This document shows positions 20,161 to 26,940 of a stretch of 50,381 nt of DNA, one piece after another. The first letter of the stretch is position 1. Every line of letters begins with the position of its first letter. The stretch covers positions 1 through 50,381 of the IMG/VR virus record IMGVR_UViG_3300046382_000018; one strand, 5' to 3'. Made by a program: the position numbers and the translations under genes. The DNA is from a virus. Lineage: Duplodnaviria; Caudoviricetes. The notes below the pieces were generated by a model, which did no database searches, was not told the DNA's origin, and was given only the letters and a program-made list of their open reading frames with translations.

Positions 20161-20448
20161 GTACTTCGTCACGGCCCAAATAAAGGATCAAGGTAGGCGG
20201 GAGGGATTAGGCCAAGAAATATTTCTTGGGATCCCCCTTAAAACTAGTCCCTCTCGTCTACTGAATCTGTAGAGAATAAAATGTCTTATTTTTGGCATCA
20301 AAAAGATGAAGTCGGCCAGCCAGAAGCGGGGAATCTGCCCGCATAGTCCTGGGATAACTACACCCGTAGTAGGACCAGGACCCCCGACCGGACAAGCTCC
20401 ACGGGGGTCTTGAAATATCCAGAGCAGTTCGTTAACATAGAAGTACAG

Positions 20449-20522
20449 GCCCTAGTAGCTCAGCAGGACAGAGCAGTCGCCTTCTAAGCGATAGGTCGGA
20501 GGTTCGAATCCTCTCTAGGGTG
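20449..20522 (+). tRNA. tRNA-Arg(TCT)
   Basis: Cloverleaf; anticodon loop CT-TCT-AA. Confidence 0.9.
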
Positions 20523-20523
20523 C

Positions 20524-20552
20524 TTGACAGGATAGGCAAGCGCTGCTATTCT
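20524..20552 (+). promoter_or_regulatory. Sigma70/SigA-type promoter
   Basis: TTGACA-N17-TATTCT. Confidence 0.7.
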
Positions 20553-20559
20553 GTCGAAG

Positions 20560-20775
20560 TACCGGGACGAAACCCACCGGACATAGCCCACCAGAAGTTG
20601 AAGCACGGGCCTCAGTCAACGGGATCACGCAGGGTAACCACCTACGTTGGCAGCGGTAACCATACCGCAATGGCACACCGAGGAACCACCTCACCGTGTC
20701 GGTCCGAAGCTCTAACAGGCCGGATCTAGTTGCCACAGTCGAGGTCGCGCCCGGAAAAGTAGTGTCCTGCGAAAC
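20560..20775 (+). ncRNA. Structured pseudoknotted RNA, raiA-like candidate
   Basis: CGGGC/GCCCG crossed by CGCAGGG/TCCTGCG; GTTGAA and AAGTA motifs; has its own promoter. Confidence 0.4.
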
Positions 20776-20777
20776 TA

Positions 20778-20861
20778 GCTGAGGTATGCAAGCGGCTCAA
20801 AGCATGCGGTCTGTAAAACCGTCACCATTTGGTTTCGAAGGTTCGAATCCTTCCCTCAGCA
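20778..20861 (+). tRNA. tRNA-Tyr(GTA)
   Basis: Cloverleaf with long variable arm; CT-GTA-AA. Confidence 0.9.
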
Positions 20862-21193
20862 CTAAAAGGAACGACAAAGGGAAATGGGAATCCTACAAAT
20901 CGTTCGCCTCGGGTCTCCCAGCCCGGTCAGGAAACCGGATCCTTAACAGAGGACCGGGAATTGTAATCTTATCCGCCCCCAAGGATGAGAAGCGATGTCA
21001 GTCGCGGACTCCGGGGCAAATGGCCCGCTGACACGGACCTAATATCTGAGCAACAGATACCCAACCAAAGATCGGTTCGATTCCGTGCCCTCCTATGAGG
21101 GAACGTCGGGTGGTTCCTTACCGGGTGAGTTCAGAGGCGGTATTAGTAGTACCCAGCAGAGTGGTGGCTGCTTTGTAAACCACCACGATCTTC

Positions 21194-21289
21194 GCGCCAT
21201 TAGCTCAGTGGTCAACGCACACCTCCGGGTGTGCAAAGAGTTCCGGCCTTTCAAACCGGAGGTCGCGGGTTCGATTCCCGCATGGCGCA
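21194..21289 (+). tRNA. tRNA-Glu(TTC) with a hairpin inserted in the D-loop
   Basis: Acceptor GCGCCAT/ATGGCGC; loop CT-TTC-AA; intact T arm. Confidence 0.7.
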
Positions 21290-21461
21290 TTACGCCGGTT
21301 ATCCCCGGCGAGGGCCAACACCCAAGACGGTGGACGACAGCCACGATAAGCCATAGTTCTAGAGACATGGCCTCTAGCGTGGCGACACAAATCCGTGCTG
21401 GGATTAGCTCAACCAGGGCCGAGTATAAGTGGCATTGCCCATCCGGCCCAAGTCTTAAAGC

Positions 21462-21545
21462 GCATGAGTGGCGGAATGGTAGACGCGCACGGTTGAGAGC
21501 CGTGTGTTCGCTTAGAACGTGAGGGTTCGACTCCCTCCTCGTGCA
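21462..21545 (+). tRNA. tRNA-Leu(GAG)
   Basis: Class II cloverleaf; TT-GAG-AG. Confidence 0.9.
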
Positions 21546-21742
21546 TAGCCGATGGGAGCGACGGTTCCCTGAGGTCAGAGGTATTTGGCATTGCTGGCGT
21601 ACAGAAACACGCACAGTAGGGGAGTTCGATTCTCAGCCCTTGGGCCACCCGGTCCAAGTTCCCACCTCGAAAGCTGTATCCCAGGAGGTCTAAGTCCCGT
21701 AGCCACCGTAGCGGGACAGGGATAGCCTCCACGGTGGAGCTA

Positions 21743-21826
21743 GCTTGCGTGGTGGAATTGGTATACACGCATGCCTTAGGAGCATGTGCCCGAATGGGAT
21801 TGGGGGTTCGACTCCCTCCGCAAGTA
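21743..21826 (+). tRNA. tRNA-Leu(TAG)
   Basis: Class II cloverleaf; CT-TAG-GA. Confidence 0.9.
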
Positions 21827-21906
21827 CCTAGTCTCCCCTAAGGCTCAATTGCGAGCAGGGATCAAAGGATTTTTATTCCCGATTAAGGAGACGATATATG
21901 GTGTAG

Positions 21907-22410
21907 ATGATAGTTGGTGTTAAATCCCATTTAGTGAAAGGGATGGTGACCAAATTGTCTACCATCATTAGTGATGACGTTCTGATCGGCAACCTCGAAG
22001 AGGCTGTCCAGAACATCGATGCTCAGAAAGAGGAGGCCGAGAGGGAGTATCACTCCCGCCTCGACAGTCTCACTGAGCGCGAGTCGTTGCTGCGCACTAC
22101 CCTTGAGGGGCTGCGCGGCAGCACCAACGGAAGTTCACCGACGCCTAGCTCCTCTAGCAGGCTGTCTGTTTCCGACGAGAGGCTTGACAAGGTAAAGCAA
22201 TACCTTAAAGAGCACCCCCGCTCGAAGCAGACAGACCTCGTGAAGAAGCTTGGTTTCAACAGCGGTACCGTCTCGGTGGCGCTCCGCCTTTTGGAGCAGA
22301 ATGGGGAGGCCAAGAGAATTGAGAGCGATGAGTCGTCTGGAAAGCCCGGTCGTCGCTCCCAGGTCTGGGACTCTTCATCCAAGAAGGGTCGCCGTAGGGT
22401 ACCGGCCTAA
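21907..22410 (+). CDS. Coiled-coil plus winged-helix DNA-binding protein
   Basis: YLKEHP..KQTDLVKKLGFNSGTVS..L..LE..G wHTH pattern; the start may be 21943. Confidence 0.7.
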   Translation: MIVGVKSHLVKGMVTKLSTIISDDVLIGNLEEAVQNIDAQKEEAEREYHSRLDSLTERESLLRTTLEGLRGSTNGSSPTPSSSSRLSVSDERLDKVKQYLKEHPRSKQTDLVKKLGFNSGTVSVALRLLEQNGEAKRIESDESSGKPGRRSQVWDSSSKKGRRRVPA

Positions 22411-22417
22411 CCTAATC

Positions 22418-22452
22418 GGGAGGGGGAGTTCCAGGCTCCCCCTCCCAGCTTT
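22418..22452 (+). terminator. Probable terminator hairpin
   Basis: GGGAGGGGGAG/CTCCCCCTCCC stem after a stop codon. Confidence 0.5.
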
Positions 22453-22466
22453 ACGAAAGGGGAGGA

Positions 22467-22682
22467 ATGGAGATACCCCCGGCCAGAATTAAGACCGCCT
22501 ATGATCGTACCGTTCGGGCACGAGGCGGAGAGGCAAATCATGATTGCCAGAAATTTCGTGCCGAGTTCAGTAGGCAGTTGAAGAAGGTGGCCTTAGAGGA
22601 TCATCTCCGATCCTCCAATGATTTTCAGCCGGTCGGGGTGGCAGACGACGGCGATGTTCTTTGGTCGCTAGTAGCGGCCTAG
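22467..22682 (+). CDS. Hypothetical protein
   Basis: 71 aa; GGAGG RBS. Confidence 0.6.
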   Translation: MEIPPARIKTAYDRTVRARGGEANHDCQKFRAEFSRQLKKVALEDHLRSSNDFQPVGVADDGDVLWSLVAA

Positions 22683-22688
22683 CCTGGA

Positions 22689-22761
22689 GGGGTTATAGCT
22701 CAGTTGGGAGAGCGCCTGCATGGCATGCAGGAGGTCCGGGGTTCGAGTCCCCGTAGCTCCA
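22689..22761 (+). tRNA. tRNA-Ala(GGC)
   Basis: Cloverleaf; G3.U70. Confidence 0.9.
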
Positions 22762-22902
22762 TGACAAATGGCAGTGGAGTCACTAAATACACCTGCCGTC
22801 GCCCATGTATGCAGACATGGCAAACCCTACTGCATTGGGGATAACAATACTATCCGGGAGTTTGCCCGCGAGGGTACGTCGGGGTAGGGCGGCTTTTTCT
22901 TA

Positions 22903-22975
22903 GGGCCTTGAGCTCATCTGGGAGAGCACCTGTTTTGCAAGCAGGAGGTGATCGGTTCGAGTCCGATAAGGTCCA
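22903..22975 (+). tRNA. tRNA-Ala(TGC)
   Basis: Cloverleaf; G3.U70. Confidence 0.9.
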
Positions 22976-23193
22976 CTTCCCTTAAGGGGAATGGTGTTAG
23001 TGATACCTGAAATTCACTACGACGGTGGCATCCCGTATTATCGTAACGGGAGGTTGAAGGTAGCCAGGACACACCATGTATCTGAAAACCGGACGCTACT
23101 TGCAAGAGCCAAGGTAAGGGTGCAGACGTGAGTCTGTGAAGGTAACCGTAATACATGGGGAGGCGGGGAGGCCCGTAGTCCATCGATGATAAA

Positions 23194-23267
23194 CAGCGTG
23201 TAGCTCAGCTTGGTAGAGTCCTCCCCTGGGGTGGGAGAGGTCGCAGGTTCGAATCCTGTCACGCTGA
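23194..23267 (+). tRNA. tRNA-Pro(GGG)
   Basis: Cloverleaf; CT-GGG-GT. Confidence 0.85.
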
Positions 23268-23343
23268 TTGACCTTAGTAGGGAAATCTCAGGCCAGTACC
23301 GAATAGGTCGCCTCTCTTCATCGCCCTGAGTTGAAGAGAGCTT

Positions 23344-23417
23344 GCTCCCATCGTCTAGAGGCCAAGGACGCCGCCCTCTCATGGCGGAAATCGCGGGTTC
23401 GAATCCCGCTGGGAGTA
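23344..23417 (+). tRNA. tRNA-Glu(CTC)
   Basis: Cloverleaf; CT-CTC-AT. Confidence 0.9.
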
Positions 23418-23456
23418 CTATGCGTTCGTCAGGCTCAACACTTGGCGGGCGCACCA

Positions 23457-23530
23457 CGGGGTTTGGCGCAGCCTGGTAGCGCGCTCGCTTTGGATGCGAG
23501 AGGTCGAGAGTTCAAATCTCTCATCCCCGA
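23457..23530 (+). tRNA. tRNA-Pro(TGG)
   Basis: Cloverleaf; TT-TGG-AT. Confidence 0.9.
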
Positions 23531-23690
23531 TAGGCAGGGTACCGATGCATCGGTCCTGTCATGGTAGAACCGGCCTCAGGGCTGCACTGAGAAACGTCGG
23601 TAGCCAGGTTAGCCTGTATGCAGTCGGAGGTTAACCAAAACATTCTCCCTTGCGCACCGGGGTTTAACCCGGTAGGCGGGGGGAGAACCA

Positions 23691-23764
23691 CAGGACGTAG
23701 TGTAATCTGGCAACATCCTCCCCTCGGACGGGAGAGACTGCGGGTTCGAATCCCGCCGCCCTGA
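23691..23764 (+). tRNA. tRNA-Pro(CGG)
   Basis: Cloverleaf; CT-CGG-AC. Confidence 0.85.
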
Positions 23765-23766
23765 CT

Positions 23767-23955
23767 ATGGCATGTGAAAAGAAAACATATTCATCAAAAT
23801 CACAGGCTGACAAGAGGGCAGCCAACCTCTCAGTGGAGGAGGGCAAGCCACTCTGGTCATATCAGTGTTTTGATTGCCTTAAGTGGCACCTCACATCCAA
23901 AAAACCTGCCAAGCGTAGCTACAAGCAACGCGATGGCAAGCGTAATAGAAGGTAG
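23767..23955 (+). CDS. Small C-x-CxxC-H zinc-binding basic protein
   Basis: C.KK.Y...A...YQCFDCLKWHLTS. Confidence 0.7.
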   Translation: MACEKKTYSSKSQADKRAANLSVEEGKPLWSYQCFDCLKWHLTSKKPAKRSYKQRDGKRNRR

Positions 23956-23956
23956 C

Positions 23957-24030
23957 GCCGATATAGCTCGAATTGGTAGAGCACTTCCTTGGTATGGAAG
24001 GGGTTGTGGGTTCGAGTCCCACTGTCGGCT
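23957..24030 (+). tRNA. tRNA-Thr(GGT)
   Basis: Cloverleaf. Confidence 0.9.
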
Positions 24031-24150
24031 TAGACGTGAGGATAAGGCTTGGACAGACGGGTGGTTTAGCGGCTACCTTAAACAATGCGTCCTGGACAAC
24101 TGTTAACCATGGCCCCTTGGTCTACCCTCTACGGGACGGTAGAGGGACCC

Positions 24151-24223
24151 GCCTACTAGGTGTTGCAGGATGGCACACTCCCCTCGTAAGGGAGAGGACT
24201 CGGCTCGATTCCGAGAGTGGGCT
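24151..24223 (+). tRNA. tRNA-Thr(CGT)
   Basis: Cloverleaf; variant T-loop CTCGATT. Confidence 0.75.
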
Positions 24224-24306
24224 TCCAGGTTTCGTCGCTGGAGACTCTAGCTAGAGTTTATTGCTGCCCGTGGTCGTGGAGTTCGACGCCATCACTTGCG
24301 GGCCTC

Positions 24307-24375
24307 GGGGTGGAGGTCATGGTGACCAAACAGATTCCAAACCTGTAGGACAGGGTTCGATTCCTTGTCGCCCCG
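24307..24375 (+). tRNA. tRNA-Trp(CCA)
   Basis: Compact cloverleaf; TT-CCA-AA; G73. Confidence 0.75.
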
Positions 24376-24547
24376 CTTATCCCTCCTGCTGCCGGATGAT
24401 GTGTTCGTTTCTGCAAACACAGGTAGATCCTGTACCCTGCTGAAGTCAAGCCGAGTCCGAGGCTGAGAACTTGGGAACAGAAAGCCTCAGGAGAAGGAAA
24501 GAAGAGAGAAAGACATTCAGGCTGGCCCCTTCGGGGGCCAGCCATTT

Positions 24548-24621
24548 GGTTCCGTAGCTCAGTTGGTTAGAGCGCTCGCCTGTCACGCGAGAGGTCGCCG
24601 GTTCGAGTCCGGTCGGTACCG
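24548..24621 (+). tRNA. tRNA-Asp(GTC)
   Basis: Cloverleaf. Confidence 0.9.
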
Positions 24622-24623
24622 CT

Positions 24624-24977
24624 ATGCAAACCCAAATGCAAAATCAAAGTCGGGCTTATACGGAGGAGGAGATCCGAGATCAATTTCTCCATCACGTAGC
24701 ACATCTGGTTCAGTACTGGAACAGCGAAGTGGGTAGTAATGTTCCAGAGGATGAAAGCTCTCGGGGTCGGCTAGAGGGACTAGCCTTTAGCATGCTGTCG
24801 GCCATCGACGGTTGCTCTATGTCGCTGCCAGGATTTACTCTGAAGCCTTATCCTCATCCAACAGACAAGCAATATCATATTGATAACGATGAGAATTACT
24901 ATCCCGACGATGTAGATATCGCGGGTGGTTTGCACGAGCTTATTCATAGTTTCCTTAAAGGAAAACCCTCCTCGTAA
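24624..24977 (+). CDS. Hypothetical protein
   Basis: 117-aa ORF starting just after a tRNA. Confidence 0.7.
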   Translation: MQTQMQNQSRAYTEEEIRDQFLHHVAHLVQYWNSEVGSNVPEDESSRGRLEGLAFSMLSAIDGCSMSLPGFTLKPYPHPTDKQYHIDNDENYYPDDVDIAGGLHELIHSFLKGKPSS

Positions 24978-25160
24978 GGGAGGATAGCCCCGTCGTTATG
25001 TCGGGGGATAACCCCGTAAGGGGACGCATTAGAATTGCCTCAAAGGAAATGGCTTCCTTGAGGAACCGGCCCTCCCTTAAGCCAAGGGTAAAGAATAGCC
25101 GGAACATAACAACTAGCTCTATGGCCATGCCTCGTAGGGGTTTAAGTGGGTAGAGCTTGC

Positions 25161-25234
25161 GCACGATTCGCCAAGTGGTCTAAGGCAACGGTCTTACACA
25201 CCGTCATTCCGGGGTTCGAATCCCTGATCGTGCA
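25161..25234 (+). tRNA. tRNA-Val(TAC)
   Basis: Cloverleaf; CT-TAC-AC. Confidence 0.85.
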
Positions 25235-25399
25235 TGGCGTACTGGACCACCCTAGGTAAACTGACAGGTGCAGTGGACTCGAAGGCGAACGCAGTCGGGG
25301 CGGGATAACCAAGTCATTCCCGGAGCATCCCCGGCCTTGGTGTTAGTACCCAACGGGGAAGTGAGGAATAACTACCCTCTGCGTCAACCATATTTTGTA

Positions 25400-25441
25400 G
25401 GACGATTAACTCAGTGGGAGAGTGTCACATAGTAAACGTGA
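25400..25441 (+). pseudogene. Orphan tRNA 5' half (acceptor strand, D arm, degenerate anticodon arm)
   Basis: GGACGAT-TAACTCAGTGGGAGAGTG-TCAC...GTGA; same acceptor strand as tRNA-Val(GAC) at 25882. Confidence 0.65.
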
Positions 25442-25464
25442 TGTTCTAGGCTATAATAGTTGTT

Positions 25465-25881
25465 ATGACTCCAAAGGAAAAGGGAGATCGCGCCGAGTTA
25501 ATCGTGGCCGCCGACCTGAGTAGACGAGGCTATCGTATAGCCTTTCCTTATGGAGATAATTGGCCATACGATTTAATCCTTTGTCGTAAGCCCGACCAAT
25601 TTGAGCGGGTAGAGATAAAGTTCACCGAATCAGATGGCGAAGCAGTTTTGGCTAGAGCTTCAACCCATTCTACCGTTAATGGACATCGGCAAAATACCCG
25701 TAAGTATACTCTTAGTACAATTGATTGGTTGGCGGTGTATGATGCTACGTCGGATGCTTGTTACTACATCCCAAGCAAGGAGCTTGGGAAGGGTATAACA
25801 ATGTTAAGTCTACGCCTTACAAAACCAAAGAACAACCAACTTAAAGGCATACGTTGGGCCTCTGAATACAACGTAATTTAG
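25465..25881 (+). CDS. PD-(D/E)XK homing-type endonuclease (I-Ssp6803I-like)
   Basis: KGDRAE..V...L...G..P.GD...YDL...RVEIK; TATAAT 7 nt upstream (leaderless); AT-rich. Confidence 0.8.
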   Translation: MTPKEKGDRAELIVAADLSRRGYRIAFPYGDNWPYDLILCRKPDQFERVEIKFTESDGEAVLARASTHSTVNGHRQNTRKYTLSTIDWLAVYDATSDACYYIPSKELGKGITMLSLRLTKPKNNQLKGIRWASEYNVI

Positions 25882-25953
25882 GGACGATTGGCGCAGCGGG
25901 AGCGCACTTGGGCGACAACCAAGGGGTCACTGGTTCGAATCCAGTATCGTCCA
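25882..25953 (+). tRNA. tRNA-Val(GAC)
   Basis: Cloverleaf; atypical loop GC-GAC-AA. Confidence 0.75.
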
Positions 25954-26030
25954 TAGCAACACCTCTCTAGTTGCAATCCCAACACGGTAACCAACCCGTG
26001 TAAGTTGGAGCGCCATGAAGTGTTGCTTAC

Positions 26031-26453
26031 GGGCCTGTCAGGCATTCGATTGGTGTTTGACGAGTCTTCTCTAGTGCATCGGTGTGAGTACACCTACCTA
26101 CTCAAAACAATAACCGCAGACTCTAAGTCCGCAGCCCGCGCTCTCGGTGAGTTCCTTGCTGGTGAAGAGGAAGTAATTCCTTCCTTTGCCGGTCCGGTTC
26201 TCGTTGAAGGCCAGGCAATCTACGCCGTTTAAACACGGCGGCGGGAAGCCCATCCTAGGACCAGAAACGGGCAACCGAAGTACGCTGTACCCTGTGCAGG
26301 GGATCGTTATAGTTGCGTAACCTGCTGGTAGCACCCCGCGAAACGTTCTTGGACGTAAACCAAGTGGTGGAGACAAGCCAGCCTTGTCCCTAAGATGCTA
26401 GAAGCTAGGTTGATGAACGCACTAAGACGGCGGTTCGACTCCGCCCAGGTCCA
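26031..26453 (+). ncRNA. ssrA: tmRNA
   Basis: 5' GGGCCTG..ATTCGA; 3' GGCGGTTCGACTCCGCC-CAGGTCCA with G3.U70; resume context AATAACC-GCA; tag ORF 26116-26232. Confidence 0.9.
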
Positions 26454-26489
26454 CTCGCTTATCAGGCGTCTGCTCTAGTCAAGCAGCCT

Positions 26490-26562
26490 GCCCTTGTAGC
26501 TCAACGGAGAGAGCGATGGTTTCCTAAACCATGCGTAGCGGGTTCGACTCCCGCCTTGGGCT
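26490..26562 (+). tRNA. tRNA-Arg(CCT)
   Basis: Cloverleaf; TT-CCT-AA. Confidence 0.85.
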
Positions 26563-26657
26563 TTCTTGTAGCACAGCCATTACGTAGGGCTCGCTTCTCG
26601 GGAACGGACAGATAATCCGAGTTGCAAGTGGTCTGTCACTTGTGCCTACAGGAAACT

Positions 26658-26739
26658 GGAAGATAAGCGAATGGAAAGCGGACAGGTTGCTACCTTGTTG
26701 CCCTTAACCGGGTTGTGGGTTCGAGTCCCATGTCTTCCG
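26658..26739 (+). tRNA. tRNA-Ser(GCT)
   Basis: Class II cloverleaf; G73. Confidence 0.85.
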
Positions 26740-26880
26740 TAAGTCTTGGTCCTCAGTCATGGCCCTCGGGTCGGTGGGATAGCCCCACGAAAGTGGATCA
26801 GGTAGGAACCTCCCGGCTGAGATTAAACGGTCAATAAGTAGCCTACGCCTACCAAGACTTAATTAAAATGTTGGGTCGCT

Positions 26881-26919
26881 GAAAAATTTTGCGGCTCGCG
26901 TGTCTAAGAATAGTATATT
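26881..26919 (+). promoter_or_regulatory. Repeated promoter-like element, copy 1
   Basis: GAAAAATTTTG..GCT.CGCG.G.C..AGA.TAGTATA; second copy at 31523. Confidence 0.5.
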
Positions 26920-26940
26920 GTCAATGTTTACTGATAAGGA

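Noticed and set aside
20561-20580. Hammerhead ribozyme (GACGAAAC)
   Set aside because: No CUGANGA core upstream
21194-21289. Selenocysteine/opal suppressor tRNA (TCA)
   Set aside because: The stem register gives loop CT-TTC-AA; there is no long variable arm or extended acceptor
20515-24545. ORF-track ORFs overlapping tRNAs on either strand
   Set aside because: They are shadow frames of tRNA/ncRNA genes with no RBS or protein motifs
25400-25953. Group I intron in a tRNA
   Set aside because: Only ~23 nt lie before the ORF and none after it, leaving no room for an intron core; the downstream tRNA is already complete
26005-26232. 75-aa protein-coding ORF
   Set aside because: It is the tmRNA tag frame extended upstream
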